64,000 bases of DNA. Source: Alphaproteobacteria bacterium (GTDB taxonomy: Bacteria; Pseudomonadota; Alphaproteobacteria; RF32; CAG-239). The notes under the pieces were generated by a model. That model saw only the letters and a list, made by a program, of their open reading frames with translations. It searched no databases and had not been told where the DNA came from. A program made the position numbers and the translations under genes. Location: assembly GCA_017464685.1 (NCBI GenBank), contig JAFTYO010000052.1, forward strand, positions 1,251 to 65,250. Direction: 5' to 3'. Positions 9,911 to 21,005 of this stretch are shown in pieces. Within the stretch, counting starts at the first letter, position 1, and each line of letters opens with the position of its first letter.

Positions 9911-12346
9911 TTATCTTCCCAAGCAACCTTCGGTTTCTTTAGCATAACGAACATAATGTTTGTAATAATCATCTAAATTTTTAGCCACCAAATAGTTTAC
10001 CGTACCTTTGGGATATTTGCCGTTTTTGTCGGGAACACCTGCCGGTACTCCGGTCAAAATTTCAATTCCGTCATCAACCGTATCAACGGCATAAATGTGG
10101 AACATGTTGTTTTCAACTGCTTCTATAATTTCTTCCTTAAGCATCAGGTTGCTTACATTTGTTCTCGGGATAATCACTCCTTGCTCACCGGTTAAGCCGT
10201 TATACTTGCAAACTTCAAAAAAGCCTTCAATTTTTTCGTTTACTCCACCGATTGGCTGAACTTCCCCAAACTGATTTATTGAGCCGGTTACCGCTATGCT
10301 TTGTTTAATCGGCAGTTCGGATATTGCCGATAACAAACAATAATATTCTGTAGAACTTGCACTGTCGCCGTCAACGCCGCCGTATGATTGTTCAAACACA
10401 ATTGATGCCGACAATGATAATGGTTTGCGTTTGGCAAAACGATTCGATAACAATGCTTGCAAAATTAAAACACCTTTTGTATGTATCGGTCCACTCATTT
10501 CAACTTCTCGTTCAATGTTCACAAATTCGCCTTTTCCTAAACGAACCTGAGTGGTGATTCTAGCCGGTTTTCCAAACGAATTGCGTGAAAAATTGTATAC
10601 AACCAATCCATTAATTTGCCCAACTCTTTCGCCTTCGACATCCATCAAAATTGTACCTTTATCAATTTGTTCAAGCATGGCTTTATTTATTCTATCGCTT
10701 CGATATATCTGTTCTGCAATAGCTTGAATGATATGATTTTTACCAATTTGCTTGGCATTAGATTTTCGTGCCCAATAGTCAGCTTCTCGTAGTAAATCGC
10801 CAATAGATGCAATATGGGCGGTAAGTTTTTCCGAATCGTCTGCCAAACGAGAAGAATATTCTATCACTTTGGCAACCGCTTGTCGGTTAAGAGAACGGAT
10901 TTTCTTTTTCTTAGACAATGAACCGATGAGTTTTGCATATTCAATTTCGTTTTCTTCAGTTCGATCCATCACAATTCCAAAATCAGCCACAACTTTAAAA
11001 TAATCAGAAAAATCCGGATCTCTTTCAGCCAATAATTCGTACAATTCTTCATCACCGGTCAATATAATTTTTACATCTAGCGGAATCGGTTCCGGATCAA
11101 GTGAAATGGTGGTAAAACTTGTTTCATCACCTGGTGATTCAATTTTTATGGTTTTGGAAGCCAAAGCTCTTTTTAACGAATCCCACGCATAAGGCTGAAG
11201 CAAAAGTTTTCGAGCATCAATGAGCAAAAATCCCCCATTTGCTTGATGCAAGGCACCTGCTTTTATGAGTGTAAAGTCTGTAAGTAACGCACCGTATTGT
11301 TGCACCCTTTCAACCTTTCCGACCAAATTTCCTTGAGTAGGATGATCAAGTAACACAATCGGAGCTCCCGATTCTGGAGTGTTTTTAACAATTACATTGA
11401 CCTTAAATTTTGCAAATTTGTCTTCTTCATTTTTATTCATACGACTCAAAAGCTGAGTTAGAGGATCTTCTTCAGTAGTTACCATTTGCGGTTGAGATTC
11501 CGGCATATATTCATCAAGACAATCAAGAATATTATTTTGAACAGATTTTAAAAATTCCACAACTCCTTTAAATTGCTTATATTGTTGTTTTAACTCGTCA
11601 ATCGGTTTAGAAATGAGCTTTTTGGCCATTTTTTCTCTTAAGCGCTCAATTTCTTCACGTTGCTTTTCTTCCCACTGTGGTAAATCATGCGAAGAATTTT
11701 CAATTTCGGCTTGCATGGCATTCAAATCCTGAGTAATTTTTTGTTTGTCTTCCGGTGATAGTTGTTCAAAAGCTTCAGGACTTAACACTTCACCGTCTTT
11801 AACCGGAGCTACTACAATACCAACCGGCATGTGCAATAAGGATACACTTTTACCACGAGCTTTTTTCTGTAACATTTTGATATAATCGTCTTTTTTGCTT
11901 TTATATTTTTCTCGTATAATTTCTAATGCAGCCTTATATTCTTCGCTTTCTGTAATCGTTGGTAAACAGGTTTTAAGTTCATCAACCAAATCATCAACAG
12001 CATCAGCAAAATCAGATGCGTAGCCGGCGGTAAAACAAATTGCATTCGGTTTGTGAGGTTCATCAAAGTTGTAGACATAAGCCCAATCGTCAGGAGTTTT
12101 GCGCAAAACAGATTCTTTTTCCAAAATGCGTTTAACTAAGCTCATTTTTCCGGTGCCCTCCGGTCCGAAACAAAACAGATTGTAACCCTTAGATTTAATA
12201 TTTATGCCAAGTTCAACCGCTTTTATGGCTCTATCTTGACCTAAAGCCGACAACCGCTCTTGCAAATCGGCCGTAGAATTAAAATCAAATTTTGTGTGGT
12301 CGCATTTTTTGTAAAGTTGGTCAGGAAATAATTTTGTGATAGCCAT
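9911..12346 (-). CDS. Lon-like ATP-dependent protease (COG1067/LonC-like: AAA+ module with insertion, S16 protease domain)
   Basis: 811 aa. Walker A is FGPEGTGKMSLV. The C-terminal Lon proteolytic domain reads GPIHTKGVLIL...YGGVDGDSASSTEYYCLLSA...VTGSINQFGEVQPIGGVNEKIEGFF, with the catalytic Ser in GDSAS. Confidence 0.8.
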   Translation of the reverse strand: MAITKLFPDQLYKKCDHTKFDFNSTADLQERLSALGQDRAIKAVELGINIKSKGYNLFCFGPEGTGKMSLVKRILEKESVLRKTPDDWAYVYNFDEPHKPNAICFTAGYASDFADAVDDLVDELKTCLPTITESEEYKAALEIIREKYKSKKDDYIKMLQKKARGKSVSLLHMPVGIVVAPVKDGEVLSPEAFEQLSPEDKQKITQDLNAMQAEIENSSHDLPQWEEKQREEIERLREKMAKKLISKPIDELKQQYKQFKGVVEFLKSVQNNILDCLDEYMPESQPQMVTTEEDPLTQLLSRMNKNEEDKFAKFKVNVIVKNTPESGAPIVLLDHPTQGNLVGKVERVQQYGALLTDFTLIKAGALHQANGGFLLIDARKLLLQPYAWDSLKRALASKTIKIESPGDETSFTTISLDPEPIPLDVKIILTGDEELYELLAERDPDFSDYFKVVADFGIVMDRTEENEIEYAKLIGSLSKKKKIRSLNRQAVAKVIEYSSRLADDSEKLTAHIASIGDLLREADYWARKSNAKQIGKNHIIQAIAEQIYRSDRINKAMLEQIDKGTILMDVEGERVGQINGLVVYNFSRNSFGKPARITTQVRLGKGEFVNIEREVEMSGPIHTKGVLILQALLSNRFAKRKPLSLSASIVFEQSYGGVDGDSASSTEYYCLLSAISELPIKQSIAVTGSINQFGEVQPIGGVNEKIEGFFEVCKYNGLTGEQGVIIPRTNVSNLMLKEEIIEAVENNMFHIYAVDTVDDGIEILTGVPAGVPDKNGKYPKGTVNYLVAKNLDDYYKHYVRYAKETEGCLGR

Positions 12347-12418
12347 TTTTAAAATCCTTTTGCAATTATATTTTTTAATCTGTATGATTATAGTGGTTAA
12401 AAAACTAATTTAGTGTAA

Positions 12419-13912
12419 ATGTGTATGAAATATTTTTTATTTAACATAATAATTTTACTGCTTGGCATATGGTTAGTGCTTAAATCAAGCTTACGACAAA
12501 AGTTTTATCGAGCATACATATTGCGAAAAATTGCGCAAAATTATTTTTATTTGAACGACAAGGGCATCTTTTCTTCATATATAATCTTAAAAATTGCCGA
12601 TTTAATTTATGCCGAAAATATTAAAAATCAAAAAATTTTGCTTTCTTATATCAATGCGCATGATTTTAAATCCGTAACCGATTTTTTTATGAAAAAAGAC
12701 AAAGTGGCGGCATATGCTTTTGGAGCGTTTTTTAACTTAAAAGAAAATAAAAAAAATTTGCAACAATATATCAAACAAAATTCTAAAGATAAATTAGGAC
12801 TTTTGATTCTTGGTCTGATTTACGATTCGGAATTTCAAAAAAACAGATTAAAACAGATTGTTAATACTTTACAAAATTTTAAATTTAAAAAAGCTCAAAA
12901 CGGTATAAAATATTATTTAAAGGCAAAATCAGAGCTTTATGATGCGGATATGTTTGAGGCTAGCGCTCATACCTTAAAGGCTATTAAAATTTTTAAAAAA
13001 CACAACTGTTTTTATGAAGAAGCAGAATCTTACGCCTTATTGGGAGAAATTTATCGTATCAGTGCCGTATATGATTTGTCACAAACAATGTTTGACACAG
13101 CCTTAAAAATGTATGATTGTCTTGATAACGAAATTAAATCGGCTCAAATAAAAGCCCTGAAAGCCATGCTTTTTGTCGGACAAGAAAGGTTTGGTGAAGC
13201 CGATAATTTATTTTCTCAAAGCAAAAAAACGCTTAAACGAGCTAAATTAACGCAATTCGAAGCCGAAATTATAAACCAACAAGCTTTGTTAAATATTTTA
13301 CAAAAAAAATATTCAAAAGCTCTTAAATATACCACTAACGCTTTGATGTTGCATCAAAAATGCAAAAACATATCAGGTAAGGCTTTTTCTTTTGAGCTTA
13401 TGGCTATGATATATTTTTATAAAAAAGATTATCAGGCATCTTTGGTAAATGCGCAAAATGCGATGAAAAATTATCTTAAAACAAAAAATTATTCCGGATT
13501 TGCAGATTCGGCATTTATTGCGGCACAAAGCTTGTTTGAGCTTAAAGAATATGAAAAAGCCGAAAATATGTGTCGTGAACTTATTGACACATATGAAAAG
13601 CATTCCACCTGTTTTCATATAGCAAGTGCATATTCTTTGTTGGGGCTCATTTATATCAAATTAAAAGATTTCAATCGGGCGGCAGCACTATTTAAAAAGT
13701 CTGTAAATTTGGAACAGTGCAATGAGCGCTATACGGCAGCCGCAACTGATTATACAAATTTGGCATTGATAGAAAAAAAACTCGGGCATAAGGAAAATGA
13801 GTTAAGATATTTAGATGCAGCACTTGAAAATGCTAAAAAGCAGGGTGATGATAAGCTCATTAAAATAATTGGTCAACAAATAAAAAAACAAACAGTTTTA
13901 GATAATAAGTAA
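12419..13912 (+). CDS. TPR-repeat protein with N-terminal membrane anchor
   Basis: 497 aa. N-terminal TM segment (FLFNIIILLLGIWLVL) followed by repeated TPR-like A/Y/L helical units (e.g. AESYALLGEIYRISAVYDLSQTMFDTALKMY). Confidence 0.6.
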   Translation: MCMKYFLFNIIILLLGIWLVLKSSLRQKFYRAYILRKIAQNYFYLNDKGIFSSYIILKIADLIYAENIKNQKILLSYINAHDFKSVTDFFMKKDKVAAYAFGAFFNLKENKKNLQQYIKQNSKDKLGLLILGLIYDSEFQKNRLKQIVNTLQNFKFKKAQNGIKYYLKAKSELYDADMFEASAHTLKAIKIFKKHNCFYEEAESYALLGEIYRISAVYDLSQTMFDTALKMYDCLDNEIKSAQIKALKAMLFVGQERFGEADNLFSQSKKTLKRAKLTQFEAEIINQQALLNILQKKYSKALKYTTNALMLHQKCKNISGKAFSFELMAMIYFYKKDYQASLVNAQNAMKNYLKTKNYSGFADSAFIAAQSLFELKEYEKAENMCRELIDTYEKHSTCFHIASAYSLLGLIYIKLKDFNRAAALFKKSVNLEQCNERYTAAATDYTNLALIEKKLGHKENELRYLDAALENAKKQGDDKLIKIIGQQIKKQTVLDNK

Positions 13913-13981
13913 TACATTGTTAATCAATTGGGAGTATATATTGAAATGCTACTCTTATAAAAACATAATAGAGAGGACGTT

Positions 13982-15403
13982 TTGATATTTAAAGATATAG
14001 CATTATATTTGTTAACTACTCGTATTGGGGCCGCAATAACGCAAAACTTAAGCGGTATGGCTGGATTTTTCCAAAAACATTTTTCCGGATCGGATAATTT
14101 GCGTGTGGTTTCTATTATATTATTGCTTTTAGCATTTGTATTATTTCTGTTTTTAGTGGTAATTTTATATATCAAATCATTACTTTCATTTATCAAAACA
14201 GACATTTCACCTTCCATACATTCATCCGGCGAAGGTTCGTCATCACGACTTTCCGATGATTTGCAAAATGAAAAAACAAAAGAAGAAGAACTTGAAAAAG
14301 AGTTAGAAAAGTCTCGTAAATTAAAAATAAAAGAAGATATACAGAACAAGCAAAAACGAGCACAACTAAAAAAACAACAAGAAGAAAAATTACTCAAAGA
14401 GAGAAAATCACAAGAAAATATTGAGCAAATATACCAAAAGTCAAAAATCATGGAAAAACCACAAAGTGTTTTTGCATTGAAACAAAGTGAAAACCGAAGA
14501 AAGGTTGCAAGAGATTTTAATTGGAGAACTGATAAAGTAGTTGAGTTAGATGAAATTTCAGCCGGTATCACTTCTTTCAGATATGAGCCAACGTATAAAA
14601 CTTTAGATTCAATGACCGGATTAATCTTAAATATGTTTTCCCGAAATATCGATTCTGGTAAAATTGCTCAAACCATCAAAGTAAGATGCGGTGATAATGC
14701 AACCGAAGAAGATATTATTCAACTTATTGACTCGATGAAAAACTTTATATCTTTGAGCAACAACGGAAAATTTGCTAATTTGCCTGATGCTGCATACTTA
14801 CCGACACCGGAAGAAGCATTATATAACTTAGCCGAAGGTGACAGCTCATATTGTTTGGCTATGCTTGAGGCTTTGATGAATAGTAATATTGACAAGGGGC
14901 ACAATGTTAAAATGGTGCAAAAACGCGATATTGCGTTTATGGAAGCATCAAATTATGCTTGTACATTTGGAACGCTTGCAAGCCTGACTGATAAACATTT
15001 AGCAGTAAGTTCATTTGAACTCGCAATAGAGCTCTCCCCTAAAAATGTCAATGCTTGGAGCAGAGTTGCCGATATGTATGCATCAACCTCTTTTGACAGT
15101 AAAGCCATTTGGGCTTACCAAAATGTTATAAATACCGGAGATGAAGATATATATCCGCACCAAGTTGCAAACGCTTATATGCAAATGGCAAAATTCCACC
15201 AGGCACAAGGCGATATGGCAAAAGCAAATAGCCTATATGCACAAGGAAACGAGTATTTCTCATCAATCGGCATTAATCAGGATTTAACTGGTAAAGAACA
15301 CGATATTATCAATATTATCGAATCGAAACAAAAAGAAGATTTACCAGAAACTATCAATAAATTGCTTAATATTTCAAGACAAAGACAAGCCTCTTACGGA
15401 TAG
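13982..15403 (+). CDS. Membrane-anchored coiled-coil/TPR-like protein
   Basis: 473 aa with a TTG start per the track. It has a TM segment (LLLLAFVLFLFLVVILYI), a K/E-rich coiled coil, and C-terminal TPR-like repeats (AWSRVADMYAS..., ANAYMQMAKFHQAQGDMAKANSLY). Confidence 0.55.
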   Translation: MIFKDIALYLLTTRIGAAITQNLSGMAGFFQKHFSGSDNLRVVSIILLLLAFVLFLFLVVILYIKSLLSFIKTDISPSIHSSGEGSSSRLSDDLQNEKTKEEELEKELEKSRKLKIKEDIQNKQKRAQLKKQQEEKLLKERKSQENIEQIYQKSKIMEKPQSVFALKQSENRRKVARDFNWRTDKVVELDEISAGITSFRYEPTYKTLDSMTGLILNMFSRNIDSGKIAQTIKVRCGDNATEEDIIQLIDSMKNFISLSNNGKFANLPDAAYLPTPEEALYNLAEGDSSYCLAMLEALMNSNIDKGHNVKMVQKRDIAFMEASNYACTFGTLASLTDKHLAVSSFELAIELSPKNVNAWSRVADMYASTSFDSKAIWAYQNVINTGDEDIYPHQVANAYMQMAKFHQAQGDMAKANSLYAQGNEYFSSIGINQDLTGKEHDIINIIESKQKEDLPETINKLLNISRQRQASYG

Positions 15404-15430
15404 TATAAAATTTAACAATCTTCATACAAC

Positions 15431-15456
15431 AAAAAGGCACCGGTTGGTGCCTTTTT
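15431..15456. terminator. Bidirectional intrinsic terminator
   Basis: AAAAAGGCACC-GGTT-GGTGCCTTTTT between convergent genes. Confidence 0.8.
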
Positions 15457-15472
15457 ATAATTGCAGAAAACA

Positions 15473-15712
15473 TTATTCATTTGCTGAAGGGCAGATTTTT
15501 GCTTGCTCGGCATTAAATTTTACAAACTTTTCATCAGCATCAGCATCATTTGCAATAGCGCTTTGCGGACATTCGGCAATACAAACGCCGCAATCAATAC
15601 AAACATCTGGGTCAACCACGAGCTGAGTTTCGCATTCACGAAAAGCCTCAACGGGACATACACTTGCGCAAATTTTACACTTGATGCAACTATCATTAAC
15701 AACTGAAGGCAT
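15473..15712 (-). CDS. 2x[4Fe-4S] ferredoxin
   Basis: Two CxxCxxCxxxCP motifs: CIKCKICASVCP and CIDCGVCIAECP. Confidence 0.9.
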   Translation of the reverse strand: MPSVVNDSCIKCKICASVCPVEAFRECETQLVVDPDVCIDCGVCIAECPQSAIANDADADEKFVKFNAEQAKICPSANE

Positions 15713-15862
15713 AAACTATCTCCTAAAAATATTTAAGTTAAATTCAAGACGTATTTTTAGCTTTTTTAAAAATAAAAGCAAGTAAAATTTGTATATAACC
15801 CTTGCGAAGTGGATTTTTTATCCCCATATAACAATCAGGATAAAAATTTTTGGGAGCAAAAA

Positions 15863-17701
15863 ATGAGCGAAAAAAGAGAGTTTCAAACCGAAGTTGCAAA
15901 ACTTTTAGATATTGTGATTAACTCGTTATATTCAGAAAAATATATTTTTTTAAGAGAACTGATTTCAAATGCCAGTGATGCTTGCGACAAGTTAAGATAT
16001 TGGACTTTGACAAATCCGGATATTGCAAAACCTTCCGGACAATTGAAAATTGTTATAACCCCCGATGATAAAGAACAAACACTCACCATATCAGATAACG
16101 GTATCGGGATGAACAAAGATGACCTGATAAACCATATCGGTACAATTGCAAAATCCGGTACGGCAGATTTTGTCAGCAATGTAAAAGATAACGGCTCAGT
16201 TGTGGATTTAATTGTCCAATTCGGTGTCGGTTTTTATTCGGCTTTTATGGTAGCTGCAAAAGTTGAAATCATCACCCAAAAAGCAGGTGATGAAAAAGCT
16301 TGGAAATGGATTTCCGATGGTCTTGGAGGATATGAAATATCTGAAACAACAAAAGAAACAAACGGCACCGATATCAAACTTTTCTTAAAAGAAGATGCCA
16401 AAGACTTTACCGATACAATATATTTAAGACATATCATCAGAACATATTCTGACCATGTGGAATATCCCATTGTTCTAAATTTGGGCACAGCCGGTGAAGA
16501 AACCGTAAATAATGCCTCTGCACTATGGACACGAAACAAGGCTGAAATTACCGATGAGCAATATAAAGAATTTTATCATCATATATCCAAAAACTTTGAT
16601 GACCCGTGGCTTACACTTCACTTTAAGGCTGAAGGCAGTATTGAATATAATGCGCTTTTGTATATTCCGTCTGCCGCACCTTATGATTTGTTTCAACCTG
16701 ACAGACAACAAAGCCTAAAGCTATATGTAAATAAGGTGTTTATCTCAGATAAAGTAGAGGGCTTAATGCCGGCATATTTGCGTTTTGTTAAAGGTGTAAT
16801 CGACAGCTCCGATTTACCGCTTAATATTTCAAGAGAGATGTTGCAACAAAGCGCTTTGCTTGCAAAAATCAAACAAGGTACGGTTTCAAGAATCTTAAAA
16901 GAGCTCAAAAAACGCATCAAAGACTATGATGATTATATCAAATTTTGGAAAGCTTTCGGCATTGCTTTCAAAGAAGGAATTTATGAAGATTTTTCAAATC
17001 GTGAGGAAATTGCCGCATTATCAATATTTGCCAGCACATTTTCCGATGACAAATTAACTTCGTTAGATGAGTATATTTCTCGTGCAAAGCCGGAACAAAA
17101 AGCCATATATTATATCACCGGTGATGATGTTGCAACACTTCGTAACAATCCGCAATTGGAAGCATTTAAAGAAAACGGAGTTGAGGTGTTGCTTTTAACC
17201 GACCCGATTGATGAGTTTTGGACACAGACTTTAACAACCTATAAAACTTTTGCCATTAAGCATATTTCAAAAGCAGAGATTGATTTGGGTATAAAAAGAA
17301 ACAAGCCCAAAGCTCTAGATGGTGATTTGAAAAAACTTACTGATTTAATGAGCGAAATGTTTGTTAAAGAAGTGGGCAAAGTGACAGTTACCGAAAAACT
17401 GACTAAATCACCGGCAGCCTTAAATGTTGAAGAAGGACAAATGAGCATTCATTTAGAGCGTTTGATGCGTAATCATCAACAACAAACAAGCTTTGCCAGT
17501 ACCCGAATTTTAGAAATCAACCCCTACCATCCGCTGATTATCAAACTATCAGAAATGACAACAGATGATAAAAACAAGGGCAAAATTGCCGATATATCAA
17601 GACTTATACTTGATCAGGCCAAAATAACAGAAGGTGAACCGGTATCAGATCCGTCATTCTTTGCCTTAAAATTCAGCGAATATATCTTAAACGGTATGTA
17701 A
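15863..17701 (+). CDS. htpG: Molecular chaperone HtpG (Hsp90 family)
   Basis: Motifs LRELISNASDA, ISDNGIGM and QFGVGFYSAF. I prefer ATG 15863 (GGGAG upstream) over the track's upstream start at 15809. Confidence 0.95.
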   Translation: MSEKREFQTEVAKLLDIVINSLYSEKYIFLRELISNASDACDKLRYWTLTNPDIAKPSGQLKIVITPDDKEQTLTISDNGIGMNKDDLINHIGTIAKSGTADFVSNVKDNGSVVDLIVQFGVGFYSAFMVAAKVEIITQKAGDEKAWKWISDGLGGYEISETTKETNGTDIKLFLKEDAKDFTDTIYLRHIIRTYSDHVEYPIVLNLGTAGEETVNNASALWTRNKAEITDEQYKEFYHHISKNFDDPWLTLHFKAEGSIEYNALLYIPSAAPYDLFQPDRQQSLKLYVNKVFISDKVEGLMPAYLRFVKGVIDSSDLPLNISREMLQQSALLAKIKQGTVSRILKELKKRIKDYDDYIKFWKAFGIAFKEGIYEDFSNREEIAALSIFASTFSDDKLTSLDEYISRAKPEQKAIYYITGDDVATLRNNPQLEAFKENGVEVLLLTDPIDEFWTQTLTTYKTFAIKHISKAEIDLGIKRNKPKALDGDLKKLTDLMSEMFVKEVGKVTVTEKLTKSPAALNVEEGQMSIHLERLMRNHQQQTSFASTRILEINPYHPLIIKLSEMTTDDKNKGKIADISRLILDQAKITEGEPVSDPSFFALKFSEYILNGM

Positions 17702-17793
17702 GATAAATCTTTTCACAATACATACTTCGTAATTAAAACCGCACCCTTCAATGAAGATGGTGCGGTTTCATAAAATATATAATTATTTTTATA

Positions 17794-18330
17794 TTACCAC
17801 TTACCCCAATGAACTTTTGCGGGGACATATCTGTCCTCAGGTTGTTTTGGGGTTTCCAAAGGATAGCCGATTGGTACAATTGCTACCGGCCTTATATTTT
17901 CAGGCAAGTTAAATAGTTTTCTCAAGCCATCAACAATTGAAATTATCGGAGCGGCTCCGCAAAAACAGGCACCTAAACCTTTAGAATGGCAAGCAAGCAA
18001 TAAATTTTGCGTTGCCAACGAACAATCTACATCGGAAATATTCCAGTAAGGTTCATTTTCTCGGCTATGAAAAGCAACGTCTGTATTACCGCACACAATG
18101 ATAACACATGATGCATTTTTTGCAAAACTTGTCCATGGTTGAAACTCTCTGATCTTATCCATAATCGACAAGTCTTCCAAAACCAAAAACTCCCACGGTT
18201 GTTTATTATGTGCCGACGGCGCATAACATGCGGCTTTTAAGATTTCTTCAATGTCTTGTTTAGACACTTTTTTGCTTGTATCAAACTGACGAACAGATCG
18301 TCTGGTTAAAAGTCCTTGATATAAATCCAT
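17794..18330 (-). CDS. Nitroreductase-family protein
   Basis: RRSVRQFD...APSAHNKQPWEF is a typical nitroreductase fold signature. Confidence 0.8.
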   Translation of the reverse strand: MDLYQGLLTRRSVRQFDTSKKVSKQDIEEILKAACYAPSAHNKQPWEFLVLEDLSIMDKIREFQPWTSFAKNASCVIIVCGNTDVAFHSRENEPYWNISDVDCSLATQNLLLACHSKGLGACFCGAAPIISIVDGLRKLFNLPENIRPVAIVPIGYPLETPKQPEDRYVPAKVHWGKW

Positions 18331-18341
18331 ATTTTTTCTCC

Positions 18342-19202
18342 TTATTTGATTAAAATTAAAGGTATAGTCAATGCAAAAGATACAACACCCAATATAAGCT
18401 GATTTTTTATACTTTGCTCCTTATATTTAATTGCAGATATAATCATAACAACTGGTATTGCCAGACGCATAAACAAACAAGCAAATGACACCGGCATAAT
18501 GTTTATCATACTATAAATAATTAAAAATTCTGAAACAGTATAAAAAATACCCGCTATTATAGTGGTGCGATTTACAAATATTGTTTTTATATCTCTAATG
18601 GTAACTTTATTTACAAAACTTGCCAGAAACATAAAAAGTGAGGATATCAATAAATGAGGATACCAACCAATATTTGAAATTGCTAAATGGTCTTCTATAT
18701 GAAATGATGTCCAAAACAAAACTGCCAATACAAAAGCTATTTTATTTTTAATTGATAATCTTTTAGCATCTCCATACACAAAAAACAATAAGCCTACAAT
18801 ACCTATACTTACCACACATACTAATTGATATTCTTTTAAGCCCTCATCAAAAAAAACATTATTAATAATAGACGATAAAGCCATTGAAACAAATAAAAAA
18901 AATGTTGAAGAAGATGTGCTCTCTTTATTTATACTTTGTTGTATCTTAATTGCCAGCCATAAACTACAACCTTTTAAAACACTCAACCAAATATATGGAG
19001 ATGTTAAAACATACTCAAATTTATCGGTAAGTAAGTGCTCAAAAATCGGAAATGTAACTATAAGTCCAAATATTAACCACACACTTGTAAAAAAAGATGA
19101 CATATTAAGATTAAACAATAAAGCTGCCGGTTTGTATAAAAATGGTCGTAATACCATACACAGTGTCAGCAAAAGGCCAATAAAAATTTGTAAATTAGTC
19201 AT
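18342..19202 (-). CDS. Polytopic membrane protein, DMT/EamA-like permease
   Basis: 286 aa with about 10 hydrophobic segments. The size and topology fit EamA-type transporters. No strong motif. Confidence 0.4.
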   Translation of the reverse strand: MTNLQIFIGLLLTLCMVLRPFLYKPAALLFNLNMSSFFTSVWLIFGLIVTFPIFEHLLTDKFEYVLTSPYIWLSVLKGCSLWLAIKIQQSINKESTSSSTFFLFVSMALSSIINNVFFDEGLKEYQLVCVVSIGIVGLLFFVYGDAKRLSIKNKIAFVLAVLFWTSFHIEDHLAISNIGWYPHLLISSLFMFLASFVNKVTIRDIKTIFVNRTTIIAGIFYTVSEFLIIYSMINIMPVSFACLFMRLAIPVVMIISAIKYKEQSIKNQLILGVVSFALTIPLILIK

Positions 19203-19220
19203 AATATTTAAGTCCGAAAA

Positions 19221-21005
19221 TTATAATTTAATTTTTCTATCCAGTTCTTCCAACTCATCTATATATGCCGATATTAAATCCAAACCTTTCTGCCAAAAAT
19301 CGGAATCTTTCGGATTTAAACCGAACGGTTTTAAAATTTCTTCATATTCTCCGATAGCGGTTTTTGATAACAACTCAAGATATTTATCGGCAAAATTTTC
19401 CACCTTGTTCTCTGTGTTTACCTGATATAACGAATTTACCAAGCAATCGGCAAAAGAATATGCATATACATAAAACGGCAAAAAGAAAAAGTGTCCAACA
19501 TTTGACCATATATATTTGCAATTTTCATCAACTTCTACATAATCACCAAGACTGTCTTTCATTTCTTCAATCCAAATTTGGCATAATCTGTCTTCCGACA
19601 GTTCACCTAATCTTCGTTCTTCATGTGCTCTTGTTTCAAAAAAATGAAAAGCAATTTGCCTGATAGCCGTATTTATCATATCAGAAACTTTTGAGGCTAT
19701 TAAGCAAAGTTTTGCTTTATCATCTTTGATATTTGACAACATATTTTGAAAAACAAGCATTTCTCCAAACACCGATGCAACTTCTTCGGTTGTCATACGA
19801 GAGCGCTCATTTAAATCGCCATTTTGGGTTCTTAATTGATGATGACAACCATGTCCTAACTCATGCGCCAAGGTCAAAACATCGTTTTGTTTGCCGGCAA
19901 AATTTAAAAACAAATATGGGTGCTCGCTTGCAAGCGGTGCACTGCAAAATGCTCCGCTTCTTTTACCATCACGAGGCGGAACATCAATCCACGCATTATC
20001 AAAAAATTCTTGCGCAACTTTTCCGAGTTTATCGGAAAAACCGTAATATCCTTTTAGCACCATATCAACGGCATCTTTCCAAGAATATGTAACATCTGCT
20101 GAAAACGGCAACGGGGCATTTCTGTCCCAATAGCTGATTTTTTCAACCCCCAGCCATTTTGCTTTGAGCCTGTAAAACCGATGTGCAATATTTTTATAAT
20201 TTGCCTTAACGCTTCTAGCCAAAGCCTCAACCATTGTGTCATCCACTTCTTCGGCCAAATTACGAGCTGATACTGGGCTTTTGAAACCTCTTTTGTTATC
20301 TTCTATGGCTTTGTCTTTTATTATCATATTATATACAAGAGAAAACAGTGGAGCGTTTTCTTTTGCAACTCTATTTATCTCAGCCCCTGCCTTATGACGA
20401 ATGCTTGCATCTTTATCCAACAACAACTTTGAAATTTCGGCATCGTTATATTTTTTGCCGTCAACTTCAAACCCAAGCCTTGAAGATGTTTCTTCATATA
20501 AACGCACCCAAGCCTCAGATGATGTAACCGATTTTTCGAGCAATATTTCTTCCACCGGCTCACTTAACTCATATTTTTTATATTTTCTTACCCGTTTGAT
20601 AAACGGCTTATAAAAAGCGACATCTTTGTTTTTGAGCCATTTTTTAATAGTTGCTTCCGGCACCTGATTTAATTCAAGAGAAAAAAACACCATCGGTTTG
20701 TAATATTCGGTAAGCCTTTCAGATATGTTCTGATAAAAAGCCATCGCCTCTTGGTTTTTCATCTGTGTTGACATATTAAGATAAGCAAATCCACCCAAAC
20801 GAGAAGAAATTTTTCTTAAAACCTCGCAATCTTTAAGAACTCTCAAAAATTCTTCCGCCGAAAGACTTGCCAGTTTGCCTTTATATTTTTTTGCAAAAGC
20901 GACCGAGCTTTTGCGATATTTTTCTAAATCTTTTTCGATTTGCGGTGCTTTTATATAATCATATAAATCCGATAAATCCCAAGCCGGTAAAGTATTATTT
21001 GTCAT
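19221..21005 (-). CDS. pepF: Oligoendopeptidase F (M3B family)
   Basis: Zinc motif HELGHGCHH in an approximately 600-aa protein. The start was moved to ATG 21005 (MTNNTLPAWDLSDLY). Confidence 0.85.
   Translation of the reverse strand: MTNNTLPAWDLSDLYDYIKAPQIEKDLEKYRKSSVAFAKKYKGKLASLSAEEFLRVLKDCEVLRKISSRLGGFAYLNMSTQMKNQEAMAFYQNISERLTEYYKPMVFFSLELNQVPEATIKKWLKNKDVAFYKPFIKRVRKYKKYELSEPVEEILLEKSVTSSEAWVRLYEETSSRLGFEVDGKKYNDAEISKLLLDKDASIRHKAGAEINRVAKENAPLFSLVYNMIIKDKAIEDNKRGFKSPVSARNLAEEVDDTMVEALARSVKANYKNIAHRFYRLKAKWLGVEKISYWDRNAPLPFSADVTYSWKDAVDMVLKGYYGFSDKLGKVAQEFFDNAWIDVPPRDGKRSGAFCSAPLASEHPYLFLNFAGKQNDVLTLAHELGHGCHHQLRTQNGDLNERSRMTTEEVASVFGEMLVFQNMLSNIKDDKAKLCLIASKVSDMINTAIRQIAFHFFETRAHEERRLGELSEDRLCQIWIEEMKDSLGDYVEVDENCKYIWSNVGHFFFLPFYVYAYSFADCLVNSLYQVNTENKVENFADKYLELLSKTAIGEYEEILKPFGLNPKDSDFWQKGLDLISAYIDELEELDRKIKL

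Noticed and set aside
15883-17448. Numerous 60-120 aa antisense or out-of-frame track ORFs inside long conserved genes (htpG, gyrB, pepF, ftsI, rsmH, dnaN, recF, trxB, Lon-like, obg, L21, TagF-like and others)
   Set aside because: Each lies wholly within a gene with strong family motifs on the other strand or in another frame. This is typical shadow-ORF noise in AT-rich DNA.
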